Source: Octopus sinensis (taxonomy: Eukaryota). Taken from it: a stretch of DNA of 64,000 nt. The stretch covers positions 151,280,001 to 151,344,000 of the forward strand of contig NC_042997.1 in NCBI RefSeq assembly GCF_006345805.1, in the 5' to 3' direction. Position 1 is the stretch's first letter, and every line of letters begins with the position of its first letter. The notes beneath the pieces are model-generated. The model did not search any database. It was not told the origin of the DNA and worked only from the letters and a program-made list of their open reading frames with translations. This document shows positions 39,940 through 54,547 of the stretch, in pieces. The translations under genes were made by a program, and so were the position numbers.

Positions 39940-40350
39940 ACTCTAGGCACAAGGCCGGAAATTTTGATGCAAGCAGCTAGTCGATAAGATCGACGTGAGT
40001 GCACGTCTGGTACTTATTTTATCATTCCAGTAAGAATAAATCGACCTCTGCAACATCTGAGCGCCGAACGTAAAGCCAGATCAAATGCTTCTTGATTGTG
40101 GACGGTGTGTTAACGAATCTGCCAGCTCACCGCCTTATAATTATTCCTAATAATTTCGATTTTTTCACAAGGCCAGCAATTTCGTATCTGTGTGTGGTGG
40201 TGCATGGGAGTAAGTTGATTAAATTGAACCCCAGTGTTCAACTGGTACTTATTTACCGAAAGGATGAATGAATATTCGAACTCGGAAAGGTGAAATGCTT
40301 ACCCACATTTCATGACATGCTAACTATTCTGCCAGTTGACCGCCTTAGAC
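39940..40350 (-). mobile_element. Two degenerate SINE family B copies
   Basis: Each ends ...CTGCCAG(C/T)T(C/G)ACCGCCTTA, the reverse complement of the family B head. Confidence 0.7.
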
Positions 40351-40879
40351 TTATTCCTAATAATAATGGTTTTAAGATTAGACTAATATTTTTCTGTCTA
40401 CCCACAAGATTGTCACAATAAGTTTGATACTCCATTCAAGATATTGCAAATCCTAGCAATGTTGTTACTCTACATTACATATGTCTAGTGAACTGAGAGA
40501 CTATTTGTTAATAAGATTTTTTAGATTTTTTAGAAGGTTTTGCATATTTCGTGCCTGAGTGGATAGCGGACGACTAAGTCAAAAGCATTTCTGGTTCTTA
40601 GGGAAATGGAAACGTGTACTGATTTCAATTTGAGCTAATTTTTCTTGCTGTTTTTCTAGTTGTTTTTTGCACAGATCAAAGGGTTATTTTCAGATATCTT
40701 TTACTGGTTAAATGCATCTATTCAAATCCATGTTGTGATTTGGTGAGGTGAATGAGAAGGTTAGTGATATGAAGAACGTGTCTGTTTCTAAATGTCTTGA
40801 TTATCAGCTTTATACGCATCATCCTCTGTAACACTTAATACTCAGAACGGGCTCCTAGCAAACTCTGGCTTTCATAGTA

Positions 40880-42560
40880 AATAGTAGGCGTTCATGGGGA
40901 ATGAGGGAGCCAGGTTTCAGTACCTCAATAGACGCCGTTCCAAGTCTTCATTTCATTTTCCACCTTTGTTAGTTACCGTAACAGCATTTGATAAACGAAT
41001 TTATCTTTACTTCACAGACATTGCAAACTGATTTTTAAAGTGTATTATGATAGAATTGTATTCATCTAAGGGATGTTACCGTATATTTGCATGTTACATT
41101 AGTGTTTTCCATAATGTGTCTTCTGCTGGGTTGAGTAGCAGGATGTATAGTCCAAGGCATTTACCTTTGTTTTACTGAGAATAAACACAGCTTCGACAGC
41201 TTCGATGAATGAAATCTTTGTGTAATTAGACAGATCACTTTTCCATTGCTCCACTATGCTACCTAGCGATGGTTCGGTTCTACTTTATGCTTGTTAGTAT
41301 CTTCCATTAGAAAGCCAATATCTTGAAAGTTGTATTGCTGTTTTAAGTTTTTGTAATTCAATGTATTCAACCATTTGTGTTTTAAAGCATGAAATCTATT
41401 TTCGATTCATTCATATATCCCTATTTATGTGGCATGACATTCAATTCTATGTAGCAGCATAATCGCTTCTTCTAATTGCATACCGGATATTGTAGCTATA
41501 TCATCTGTGCAGTCTGCATCCGTCACAGCGAAACCTTGATATCTTCTACAATCTACTTGTTTCAGGCTGAATTCCATATTTATAATCCTTTCAAAATTGT
41601 TCCCATAGCACAGTCCAGTATCACTATAAATAAGGATAAATACAGCTTCTACTTTGAAATATGCTGTTTGTCAACATCTGAGACGTAAATGACAATTTCC
41701 TTTATATTCATGATTATTCTTCCATGTACTCTCACAATTTTGAACAACTTGTTGGATTCTATTGCAACATTTACCAAGTTATATAAAAGAGATTGCTACT
41801 TGTAAATGTTTTGATTTGATTTGATTGCAACTTGTAAATGAGTGTGTAGACCGGATTGATCGAAATCCATTTTGACTTTCGCAAAAGTGTTATTTCATAT
41901 GGAACATTATTCTTGCTAGAAGACAGCTTTGAAAAGCACAAGAGGGTGATCATTCTATGCTTTACAGATTGACGCAGTATGTTTTTCTTTCTCAGTAAAG
42001 ATATCTTAATTTGCTATATTTCTATTTTGAAATTATTTAGCGTTTTATTTTATATTTCACATTATTTCTTATTTCTAATAAGGGCGCTCTAGGAATGTTA
42101 TCAGTGGGAATGATATAGATTTTCATTTTAGATTAGCATACGCCTAACCTTTCCTTTCATTTCTCTTTTGTAAAGTAATTGATATCAATGGGTACTAAAA
42201 AACAACAAATGATTAATAATTCTTCCGTTTACCTTGTGAAATTGATATTTAGTTCGATTTTTACCTGCGATGCTAATTGCTCGTTTATATCTATCACTTG
42301 CATAAACTTCCAATATTCTTCCTTTTTTCTAGCACAATGAATTTCCTTTAATTTCTTTTTCAAATATGAAGTTTCTAGTCTAAATAATGCAAACTGAGCA
42401 TAGCAATTTTACTACACGTTAACGGTCATTCAAATTCTACATGCTGGAAGAATAATTCTTCTTCCTGTTTCTCCACATTGCAGAAGAATAGTAGCTTCCA
42501 AGTAGAAGCAACGTATCGTCATTAAGTCGTGACAGAGGAGGTGGAGCATTGACCGACATT
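40880..42560 (-). mobile_element. RTE-like LINE relic (RT region), heavily decayed
   Basis: The minus strand gives LFIVILDCAM...FAVTDADCTDDIATIS...LLHRIECHAT*IGIYMNESK (the D-DFADD-ALL...GL-+N-K pattern). Confidence 0.55.
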
Positions 42561-42589
42561 CACATAAGGCTACTAATTAAAAAAGGTGA

Positions 42590-43200
42590 CAATATTAACA
42601 AAGGTAATTTTCGCAAATACATATTGTAAAGAATGGAAACCTAGTATGGAGGGCAAATCACGCTGTGAGAGATCATCAAGTGTGATCACTAATACAAATC
42701 GCTATCGAGTGGACGAACTGATTCGTACCGACAGACAACTTACTATGGAATGCGAAATGGCTTCACATCTTTCCTCCAAGACACCAGAAGTTCAAGAGAC
42801 AACGCTCTGCGCAGAATTTCAAAGTGACTATTTCTGAGGTTGACAAGGACATCATTCTCTTTAATTTTCTTGCACATTGCGACACAGTGGAAACCGATCA
42901 GTTCCTCTACAACACGGAAAGATTACAGAAGTCATTCGGAGAAATAGAGCGAAGAAGTGTATGAAAATAATCCGTATTAACCAAGGCAATTCTTGACACC
43001 ACACAATACTTTGGCAACAAATTCGACAATCGGCATATTGTGCTGGTCAGTGGCCTATATCAAAGGTACTGCCGAGATCTGGTACGCTCTTACCTACTCC
43101 TCTTGGATGAAAGACAGTGTACAAGAGCAACGATATGATGTCACAGATTATGAAATTGGCTGAGAAATAGTTTGTGTAATATGGACATTTGAATTATTTT
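42590..43200 (+). mobile_element. Mariner-like relic
   Basis: EGKSRCERSSSVITNTNRYRVDELIRTDRQLTM (GRP...+D-RR-T motif); YCRDLVRSY near 43065 (YSPDLAP-like). Confidence 0.55.
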
Positions 43201-43861
43201 AAATTTATTCGAGAGTGAGGTACAACTATGTCGTAAATGTATCGATTGTGACGAGATTCTGTCGAGTTGTATTTGTACCGAGAAATACTCAAGCCGTATG
43301 TGCGAATTGAACAAGTTATGTCTGCTAATAAAAAGGTTATACCAAATTTTTGTAAAACACTTGTATTATTCTTTGGTCATCTATATATTTGTTAATTCTC
43401 CTTTAGTTATAACATTTTCGAGTTTGGTGTATTCTGTGTTTGTATTACGTTGCTGTTGGCTGTGGATATATTTTCTGAAATTTATTTTTTTAACTATGAT
43501 GCCGATCTTTTGAAATGATGCTGTATTTAAAAAATTTATTTTTGTGTGTCGTTTTAATGGTATATGGGACTTGTTGGTATGCCCATAAGATTTGATTATC
43601 TTGATGTATATTGATTCGTCTAATCTGATGTATTCAATTGTCACTTGCTCGTATTTGCTGTGTGCTTAGATGTCGTGTGCTATTTATGTATTTTCACCAT
43701 TACTTAAAAGATCCCAGACATATTCAAGTAGCTTGCTAGATTAACCGTTGGCTGGAAATAACATAAATATGGTCGTTTGAGTTGGTCGAATGAAACCTGC
43801 AGTATGTCTCAGAGCTTCTTGTAAATTTATATGTATTCTGTCTGCACTTTGTACTCTGATG

Positions 43862-43863
43862 TG

Positions 43864-43938
<75 letters not shown>

Positions 43939-43950
43939 TGTGTGTGTGTG
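43862..43950. repeat. (TG)n microsatellite
   Basis: Directly visible. Confidence 0.97.
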
Positions 43951-45019
43951 TGCATGTGTTTGTGTGGAGATGCGTGGCATAGCATCCAGATTGTTGCACA
44001 CATAACTTTAAAATTGTGGTTTCCATTCCTGGACCTAAAATAGTCCGACGATCTTTTAGTTTCTAAGGTGATGCCAGGTCACGCACAACTTATTCTGTGC
44101 ATGACGAAGCAGTGAGAAAACTGGAAGTCGACACTTAACTGGCTGAGGAGAAATAAGAGCAACTTTGTTTTCTCGGTGTTTCATGAAACATCCTTCAACA
44201 CTATTGCTCAAAGTCAATCGGAAAATGGGATGCCATTTTTGCACAAATCCAACACATTTTTCAAAAATTATTATAGTGAATAGTCCTTTCAGTCTCTTTT
44301 CGACTCGTGTTGTTCTGTTTTCCATACACGAAGGTTTATATTTCATACATCTTTCGCGCCGCATACACAACCAACTACATATTCAGTACTAACATTTCTG
44401 ATTGTTGTGTGTTTGTTTGCGCTGATTTCTTGGTATCACAAGCTGCTTATATAGCAATTACATATATCACGTGGTTCATAGTAGTAGTGGTGGAGTGGTA
44501 GTGATGGGATGGTATTGGTTAAAGCTACTATTATTGCAGAAATTATGCCCCTTGCTTTCTACAGCGCTATAATTCATTTCTATAAATTCATTTCTTTAGA
44601 ATTCAATGTTAGACTCATGTTATCATTATTGTCGCTGGAAGAGTTGCAGCTGTTTTTTCCTTTTACTTTTCTTAGTTTTCCATTGTTTTTATGTTCAAAA
44701 TATACTTGTTTCGTATTAGTATTATTGTTGTTCATGATGCTGTGATTATTGCCTTTCGTGTTATTATTTTTCCTGTTGCTTTCATTTTATTATCGTTATA
44801 GGTTTTAATTTTCATCTCAAACTCGATTTTTGTTACAGCGTTAACGCTCTCCTTCGTACTACTGTATTATATCTCATTGAACCCTTTTTGCGTAAATCCG
44901 CTTTTCTCTTCCGTAACAAAGAGTTAAACAGTGAGTATATCAGCGATACTAGTAGGGTGAGGTTCATGTCGCTTTTCAAATCCTTATTCCCATTCAAGCA
45001 TTAAAAATTATGACGTTAA

Positions 45020-45225
45020 TATTGGTTTCAAAGCTATCAATTTCGGGAGAAGGATAAACCGATTAAATCGACACGAGTGCTCGACTGATACTTATTTTAT
45101 CGACCCCGAAGCAATGAATAACACAATGGACAACGGTGGAATTTGAGCTTACAACTTAAAGGTGGATGAACTACCGGTACGTGTTTTACCCGAGGCGGTA
45201 ACAATTATGCCAGCTCAGTGCCTCT
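45020..45225 (-). mobile_element. Degenerate SINE family B copy
   Basis: CTTATTTTATCGACCCCGAAG...GGAATTTGAGCT...TGCCAGCTC. Confidence 0.7.
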
Positions 45226-46988
45226 AATGTTACTCAGTCGTCTATGTGTGACGAGAAAAGGTAACACTAATACCTACACAAAGAAAGTATTAGAATATTT
45301 AGAAACACTCTTTTACCTTAGATAATTTTCATATTTGTTATATTTCGATATAGCCATGCACTATATACTAGTTTTAGTGATCTTCGTCTGAAATCTTTCG
45401 TCTCACATCCTGTGGTCCCGTCAGCTACTCCCCATCCCACGTGTGTCTTCCTGCCCTGTTTAGTTCATTCTGTCTTCCTGAACACATGGAATGGAGAGTC
45501 GTTGATGATGTCTCAAGATGTGTGACAAAAGATGTCAGAGAAGAGACTCTAAAATAAGAATGATAAGCCCTAGTGCAGAACGAGTATATAGTGCGGGAGT
45601 TTATTTGGCAAAACAAAATATGGCCATCCCTAAATATAACAATATCTGTGAAACACCATTATTTAACATCAGGAATGTTGCAAAACGAATACGCAAACGT
45701 AAGATTTTGACATTATCATCAATAAATGAGGCTAAACTCGCAGTAAGTGGATGCTTAAGATCAGAGTTTTGGGGTAGAATAAATAGCAGTAACAGCTAGA
45801 AAAAAAAAAGAGGCCAGAATAACAACGAAAACAGAATGAAAAATGACAGCAATAATTATGATTTCTTTTATTTGCAACAGGCAAGTAATAATAAGAATAA
45901 TGTCTGATTTAAGTATGAATTAAGTAATTTGAACAGAGGGAAGTAGTCAATATTGTCTGTACTTTCATTTATTATTCCAACTGTGTTCAAACTTTTACTT
46001 CAGAAAAGCCGCAATTTTATTTTCATTTCATTTTCTTTCTATTTTTTGTTTGCGTGGGTATTGATTTAATACTCGAAGAAGGAATGGCAAGATTTGAAAT
46101 TAGAACATAAAAACCGGCGATAAGAGCATAAGGCATTTACTGAAACGATGTAAGGATTCCGACAATGCACTACCCTCTCTCATTCCTTATAACATTAACA
46201 TTAATAAATATATTTTTATTAGCTACTACTTCTCGCTGAAATTCTCAAAAAATTTAAAATAATATTTCTCACGTTCTCCTTGTAGGTCATAAAGTGGTGC
46301 ACACCCAAGAAAATGACATTTAGCCCTCTTGAATACCATATATTCATAAGTATATATGGAGTATTCATGGCAGGTACACATGCTTGTGTGTGTGTGTTTA
46401 TATGTTTGCGTGTATGTAATTACGTGATGGGTGTGTTTGGTTGCAACTGTATGTTTCTCAGCGTGTATATACAAGCAGAGACAGGTCCTTCTTTGTATAA
46501 GTTTCTTCATGAATGCACGGGGGTGCGTATGTTGCATATATCTTCTTAGGACTAGAATTATTTAGAGAACAAGTAATGCCATTCATTACATTTCCGTTGA
46601 ACATAACATATAAAAAAATATATCAAAGAATCCCTCGTTCATTTTCGCTATTTCCTACGAAATTTGTCACACTGACTTTTATGTTAGCAGTAACTTCAAA
46701 AGATCGCATTTAGAGTCACATTAACATATAAATTGTCAGCTACCATATATTCATACATATATACATACATACAAACAATCATACACACACAAACACACAC
46801 ATATCAGTGTACGTATGTGCGCATGTGTCTGTATGTATGGGTGATGGGGGGGGGGTACGTGTGTGTGTTAATGTGTGACCACAGTCTAATAACAGAGACA
46901 AGTAAAAGGTAACAAAAGATACACATACATACACATAAATATATATATATATGTATATGTATGGGTATATACGTATGTAAGTATATAT

Positions 46989-47074
<86 letters not shown>

Positions 47075-47702
47075 GTATGTATATAGATATGCATATATGA
47101 ATTTATATAACTATATGTGTGTGTGTGCGTTTGTGTGTGAGGGAGATAGAGTGTACACAGACACATACATTTATATAAAGGGAGATAAATATATAGAGAA
47201 CGGGCAAGTGCATAGCAGATGGGTTACATGCTATGGATAGAGTAAGCAATTTGTTCATATCTATGTCTATGTCCATGCTATGTACGGGTCCATGTGCGTA
47301 TGTAAAAGCAAATATAGAAAAACATATATGTAAAAGCACAGTTGCGCGCACAGAGATTGCACACACACACAGTATATTAGGAGAAGTCAGGTTTGTAGGG
47401 GAAGAAACAAAGAACAAAATGAACATCGGTTGTTGTGGAGGTGAAATATGTATGTGGGTATGCGTATAACGCACTGAAATATTATATGTGAATTATAGGT
47501 CAAAATTAAAGATGCATTTTGTCGTTATAATTGAATAGCTATATGCTATAAAGCAGATATCTATTGAGGGCGAAAAACAGACAAGATATGTGCTTTCTTT
47601 TAAAGGTCGCCTTAACGTAGATCTCATTATATACACACACATACATACACACACCTGCACACACGCAAACATTTATGCACACATATATGTATGCCTATAG
47701 AT

Positions 47703-47867
47703 ATAGGCACAGGAGTGGGGGTGTGTTAAGTAGCTTGCTTTTCAACCACATTGTTCATGGTTCAGTACCACTGCGTAGCGCCTTGGTCAAGTATCTTCTA
47801 CTGTAGCCTCGGGCTGGACAAAGCCTTATGAGTGGGTTTGGGAGACGGAAACTGAAAGAAGCCCGTC

Positions 47868-47870
<3 letters not shown>
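47703..47870 (+). mobile_element. SINE family A, 5' part
   Basis: Homologous to 11261-11425, followed by (TA)n. Confidence 0.8.
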
Positions 47871-47914
<44 letters not shown>

Positions 47915-48301
47915 AATATGTAAACAAAGATAAATGCGATACAATAAAATTAATTATAATCGCCGGTGTACCAGTATATATTTAAATATATATATGTGTG
48001 TGTGTGTATGTGTATGTAGAAGGTTCAAAAGGAATACACGAGTTGAAAAATATATGGACAAAAAGTCAAGGTAGAAAATGCTAAAATAATTTTTATAAAC
48101 ATTTCAGTACTGGTTTCAGTCATTGAGATTTTTTCAACTGTAAGTATGGAAAACAATTAAATTTGGGAAAAATTAAATGAAAAGTTTTTTTAAAAGAATA
48201 TTTGCTTAGTATTCAAATACAAGGGGCATTTTCCTTGTTTCTGTCTGTATCTTTCTCTCTTGTTTATTCTTGTGGGTTCGAGGTCGTTGTGAATTCTTGG
48301 C

Positions 48302-48377
48302 AGAAGAAGAAGAAGAAGAAGAAGAAGAAGAAGAAGAAGAAGAAGAAGAAGAAGAAGAAGAAGAAGAAGAAGAAGAA

Positions 48378-48424
<47 letters not shown>

Positions 48425-48470
48425 AGAAGAAGAGAAGAAGAAGAAGAAGAAGAAGAAGAAGAAGAAGAAG
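48302..48470. repeat. (GAA)n polypurine tract, ~170 bp
   Basis: Directly visible; explains the poly-E/K/R ORFs. Confidence 0.98.
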
Positions 48471-48884
48471 GAATAATAGAATAATGCGGGATGGTATGAT
48501 AGTAGTAGGATGTTAATTGGTCAAGTGACTTACAAATGGGTCGTTATAGATTATAGCAGTGATTGGGACTGTTTTTATTGAATTCTTGGGTATCTCTTGT
48601 GAATGTATCATTTTTAATATTTGTGTTCGTGTTATTCTAAGGTCGTGGTGGATATATCGTTTGTTTTAAATGTGTGGTGGATATGTCATTTGTTTTAGAT
48701 GGGTTTGTATTTTGTGAAGCTCAATTTTCTGAAGCTTGGACTTCTGTTATTGGCGCAAATGTCGATGTGTTGGCTGAATGATATTTTTCTGTTTTTTAGA
48801 ATTTTGATCTGGGGTCGGTTTGTTCGACTAAAACCTATCAAGGCAGTGTGTAATGTCCACAGTCAAATATGGAAACAATTTTAT

Positions 48885-49420
48885 TTCTTTATTGCCCACA
48901 GCAGACTAAACATATAGGAGACAAACAAAGAGATTAAGTCGTTTACATCCACCCCAATGCGTAACTTGTACTTATTTAATCGACCCCGAAATATGGTGAA
49001 AGGCAAAGTCGACCTCGGCGGAATTTGAACTCAGAACGTAACCGCAGACGAAATACCGCTAAGCATTTCGCCCGGCGTGTTAAAGTTTCTTATCTCTTTA
49101 CTACTCACAAGGGACTACACACAGAGGGGACAAACAAGGACAGACAAACGGATTAGGTCGATTATATCGACCCCAGTGCGTAACTGGTTCTTAATTTATC
49201 GACCCCGAAAGGATGAAAGGCAAAGTCGACCTCGGCGGAATTTGAATTCAGAACGTAAAAACAGACGAAATACCTATTTCTTTACTACCCACAAGGGGCT
49301 AAACACAGAGGGAACGAACAAGGACAGACACACGGATTAAGTCGATTATATCGACCCCCAGTGTGTTACAGATGAAATACGGCTACGCATTTCGCCCGGC
49401 GTGTTAATGTTTCTGCCAGG
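48885..49420 (-). mobile_element. Tandem array of three SINE family B units
   Basis: Repeated AAAGGCAAAGTCGACCTCGGCGGAATTTGAA-TCAGAACG and repeated tail CTTTACTAC-CACAAGGG. Confidence 0.85.
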
Positions 49421-49859
49421 AAGCAACTGAATGAATAAAAGAATAAGCGACTATGTAACATAACGACTTAGCATTGAAGAGAAGGCGAACATATTTGTAT
49501 TTTTAAATTCACAAATTAGTATTTGCTCTGATTCTTTTATATAACTTATCTATTTCTGTTTTGTTTCTGATTTACTTTGTTATTACCTTCCTATTATCTT
49601 TCCTGTTTCTAAAAGCCAGTACGAGCTTTTACTGTTTGAAGATTTCTGTAAGCAAATATTCCATCGCTGAGATGCATCACTCATCCAGGAAATTTACTCA
49701 CCGAAAAAGTATACGTTTTGTATTCCTCATGGTAACAATATTTATTGCACTTTTGGAGTATTTGTACTCACTTATTACCAACAAATACAATTCATGCTTT
49801 GTCAGCGTCTGTTACATACTTTATTTACCCAAAACCAAACTATGGTTTAACAATATGTA

Positions 49860-50520
49860 GAACTTATTTTGCAATTGGTGACTGGAATGTACGAAATGTG
49901 TATCTACTTCAGGAAGTACAACCACTAACTTATGAGATGGATTCATATTCGTGGAATATTGCAAAGGTTGTTCAAACAAAATGGACAAAAGGTATTAAAA
50001 ATGTTAATGATAAATGACATTGTATTTACTTCAGAGGAAAGGAAAGGAAATAGAAGCAACCTGTAGCTTTTATGATGCCTAAGCTGTGTTAATATCAGTT
50101 ACATATTACACACCAATTTCCAGCAAAATATTCACATTAACCAGGCAGCTAATCCACACAACATCTTAATCGTCGGAACCTAGTGATTTTATTAATGGAA
50201 CAGAGGAACTGTGCAGCATTCCACCCCTGTTTTCTGATAAGATCCTAATGTTAGACTATCGATACATGGTTCTTTGTTTTGATCAGATTTTGCGGGATAT
50301 ATCTCGTGAACCCTATCATAAAAAAAGACATCTAAAGAACAGATCAGGGACTGGAATACTGTATGAGATGCTAAAGTAACAGTTGGAAACTATGGCCTGG
50401 GAAAATAAAATAACAGTAATATTGGATTATTAGAAAATATAAAGAACAAAAACTAACCTTTGTGAGCGCATACGTGATTGGCAATCGTCAACGACATTAT
50501 TATAGTAATCACATAGAAGA
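49860..50520 (+). mobile_element. RTE-like LINE relic (AP endonuclease N-terminus)
   Basis: AIGDWNVRNVYLLQEVQPLTYEMDSYSWNIAKVVQTKWT (the IGTWNVRTL...E-RW motif); later GDWN-like segment near 50350. Confidence 0.6.
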
Positions 50521-50769
50521 TTACATGAGAACTAAATTGATTTAATCCTTATCTCTAAAATTAGTGGAATGATGTTTTTTCTCTATGCGCTGGCATAGGT
50601 AATGAACAGTATCTTTTAGTAATAGCAATAACATTGGAACTCACATCAGTCAAGATAAAACTAATATGCAGAAATATATAACAAAATATAAGAATATTTG
50701 ATTTTCAAAAATTAACAGGCCAAACAAAAGAATCTAAAGTCCAAATAGGAAGAATATTCGTGTTATCCT

Positions 50770-51265
50770 CCTCCTCCTCTTCCACTTCCTCATCCTCCTC
50801 CTCATTATTATTGTCTTTATCTCAGGTTTTGCTGTAACTCCTGGAATTTTCCATACATAGCGGGCTTGCTGTCTGCAGCCTACGGCATCTTGCATCTGTG
50901 CTTTTGAACAAAAGCTTTCTCTAATAATCTGGCCATGCCAAATAGGGAAGCCCTTTGTAACAGTTCTACTGGGCACTCTATTGCGATTTCCTTTATATTC
51001 CTTCTGATTCCTTCTGATACTGTCCCCAATGAACCAACAATAATTGGCACTATCTTCACCTTCTTCATTTTCCATAGCCGGGCTATTTTGTGCTTAAGAG
51101 GGTTGCTTATATCTATTTTTTTGCCTTCTTTCTTGACTGTTCGTGGGTCAAAGGGGCACGCAACATCAGCTATATAACACATGTGATGCATCTTGTCGAA
51201 CACCACTAGGTCCGATCTGTTATATTCTAGCGCCTGATCTGTTTGGATTGGGAAATCCCAGCAAG
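50770..51265 (-). mobile_element. R4/Dong-type element 3' end (REL endonuclease)
   Basis: WDFPIQTDQALEYNRSDLVVFDK...IADVACPFD...KIVPIIVGSLGTV...LLQRASLFGMARLL; AAT-rich tail. Confidence 0.85.
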
Positions 51266-53523
51266 CGCATTAAATAGGACACAGTACAAGATTTTCTACG
51301 CTAAGTCTGACACTAATTGTTCTATGTAGTTCTATTTAAACAATTATATATAGATTAGCTTACTACGTTGTGTATTTTAGTAGCAGATACTCTTGTAGTG
51401 TCACTTTCATCCTTGTTTAGCTAAAAGTTAGCTCTTATAGCACAAATCTATTCTTGAATTTATTCTAGCCGAAAGTGTCCTGTACTTTTTGCTAAATCTA
51501 GTGTTATGTGATTTTGTATAAGGCGACGTCTGTTCACTTTTTAAAGGCAGCAGTGTTAAATATAATGGAAATTTTCTTGCTAATACTAACGGATTGATTG
51601 GCAGTGAACATGATCCGTTGTTGGTTTCTTTTCAGGAAATAATGCCGAAGTTGTTAAGCAGGTCAGTCTTGAGTGTACAGAGCTGTGATTAAAGGCATTG
51701 AAATATGGCCAAAATAGCTCATTATCAATCATATGATATCTAGGATATTACATTACACATAGTGCTTCTCTATATTTAAGAGAGAAGAGTATTCTTGTTG
51801 TTGTTTCTAACGCCGCAAGTGAAAGCATTGAAACCAGCTAGTTACTTCGTTTTAATACACATTAAGTTAGTATCGATGTGACGTTTGTCCTTAAATAGAT
51901 ATACATTTTCTTGTTGCTATATTATATAATATCTTTGGATTACATTGGCATTAACACATAAGGTATTTCTTTATGTGATAACCACAGAATGTTTTCGTTA
52001 ATTTTTTGAAATATTGCATCAAGGATTCGTGGTACATTTTATGTTTGTTTATCGAAGTCTGCTACGTACGAATTGTATTATTTGAGCCTTTGCTTAAATA
52101 GTAGGCTCACGCGATATACTGTTCTATTATATTATATTTTGGTGGCAAACAGTTGATTGATTTTGGGAATTTGAACATGGAGGATATTTAGGTTGGATCA
52201 TATTGTGCACGGAAATTTGTTTCTTACGGGATACACACTATTTTAAGGTGCAGAAGATTCCGTGTGTGTGAATAAGAGAAAATGTTGTTATTATCTCAGT
52301 ATTCATGTAGGTTTTCACGTACTGAATAGTTTGCGCATGATTCCTTCGGGTTGAATAATGTTTTGTTTCGCACAGTGGGCAATTCCTTATATATGCATTG
52401 CATGTATAGATAACAAAGTTATCTTGTTAAGTAAGAAGGAATTGAACAGTAAATACGTTAAAAGACGTTAAACATAACGTTACGTTAAACACACTAACTG
52501 CAGATATGATTTTTCTCTTCGTCTCTTCATTTATCAAAGAATCGTTAAAAAGCAGCATATATATTATGCACAATATGTGTGTGTTTCTGTGTGTTTGTTT
52601 CTGTGTGGTTGTGTATGTAACTGCGTGTACTTCTGCGAGTGTGAGTGTGATTGTATATGTGCACAGGTTCAGTCGTATACGTGAGTTGGTGTGAATTGCG
52701 AAACAGCGAAAAACAGAATAAGTGATATAAATGGAAATATTAGAAATACTAAATCTAAGAGAAATAAACGAATGTAAAGGTAACTGCCCTGCTTTAGATA
52801 TGCTGAAAATATGGTGAGTGGTGTTTATTAGCCTCTCCTCATAGAATACGTAACTTCATCCATCTATTCATCAATCTATCTATCTTTCTGTCTATCTATG
52901 CACACACACACAAATATATGTATGTATGTATGCATGCATATATATATATATATATTATATATATATATATATAATATATAATATATATATATATATATAT
53001 GTACGTATGTATGTATGTATGTATGTATGTATGTATGTATAATATCAATACATATATTCAGAAGCGAATATCTATATTGATATTAATATTGTTATTATTA
53101 TCGAAGTCAATACATATAATTTTTAATAACAACAATATTTATATAGGCGGTTGCAAGCCAAATCAGCATTATATAGCTATAGAATTAAAATTGCATGAAT
53201 CACAGGACGGACACATTAAGGTGTCTACTCGCAAGAAATAATAGTTAAGACTCTCATTTGCAGCTCCAAAATATATTTTTTTATGAAAATGGTTAAGTTG
53301 TGCTGAAGAAAGGAAGGTGTTTGTATCAAACCAGAAAGTATTCTACATGTATACTTGTTCCATTAAATATTTTATTTTATACTGTTGAATCTATTATTTT
53401 CAGTGTAAATAGTTTTGGGTAGTCCAAATGAGGGTCTTTTTTCTCATATTCTAGCGGTTAGACACTTTTATGTGTCCTTTGATTAATACACACACACAAA
53501 CACATACACGCATACATATATAC

Positions 53524-53578
<55 letters not shown>

Positions 53579-53676
53579 TTCGGTGTCCTTTTTTGTCAAG
53601 AGCTTATACACCCCGTGATTAGACTATTTTCCTTAGTCATTGGTCGGTGATCACTATATATATATATATATATATA

Positions 53677-53764
53677 ACCCAAGAACATCATCATATACAT
53701 GTCCTAGAGCATCCATGAAATACAATTTGAAATCTGATACAGGGAGCCACTTGCATGAATGAGC

Positions 53765-53808
<44 letters not shown>

Positions 53809-53850
53809 CATGGATGCTCTAGGACATGTATACGATGCTGTTCTTCGGGT
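53677..53850. repeat. Inverted repeat (29-bp perfect core) enclosing a (TA)n tract
   Basis: 53694-53722 TATACATGTCCTAGAGCATCCATGAAATA is the exact reverse complement of 53804-53832, with imperfect extension outward. Confidence 0.9.
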
Positions 53851-54547
53851 CATAGTAGTTTAGAAATTTTCAACACAATATATACCCACACAAAGCCTTA
53901 AATATAAAATTCAGAGAGCCGCTTGTATTTTTCAGACTTATCAATTTGATTTTTCAATTGCTTCAATGGAAGAAATATGGTCTTCTCACGCTTCACGTCC
54001 TTTCTATGCGCATTTACAACTTTTATGAGTTAGTGCTCCAAAACTTTTGGAGACTAGAGGAACCAACAATACCTAAAATCTGGACAGCATTAGATTTTCT
54101 CGCTGAAAAAAACAATGTTCTTGAAGGCAGTAATAAATAATCCAATGAAAATATTAATATTACTAACGATTTTGTATATGTATGTGTGTGTAAAAATTTA
54201 TTGCCAAAAACAGTTCTCTTAATACAGGAACAAAGATACCAGTTTGTAAAGCAGTAAAAATATCGTCTTACTTACGAACACAGCTGGAGATATGAAATTA
54301 AATTAGTTGTTTATCAAGAGCAATGAAGGTTTTCTCTTAATCTAGCTTCTTATAATAAGATTTAAGTGAAAACCATAGGTTATTGTGTGGTTCGTTGCCG
54401 TCATCCTCTACAGTGGAAAAAGGAAATACCAGTCCACAGGCACTAATGCTTATGGCCAAGTCAACGATCTTAGTCTTTCATGATTCACCCCAAATGTTTA
54501 TATCTCCTGAAGTCAATTTCATGCCACTGAAACCTATCTTCACAGAA

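Noticed and set aside
43200-43740. Possible Penelope C-terminal relic; similar weak relic at 48540-48830
   Set aside because: Only faint motif resemblance across many stops.
45518-45799. 93-aa ORF, and the strong acceptor at 46285, as host exons
   Set aside because: No recognisable domain, no phase-consistent partner exon and no convincing donor.
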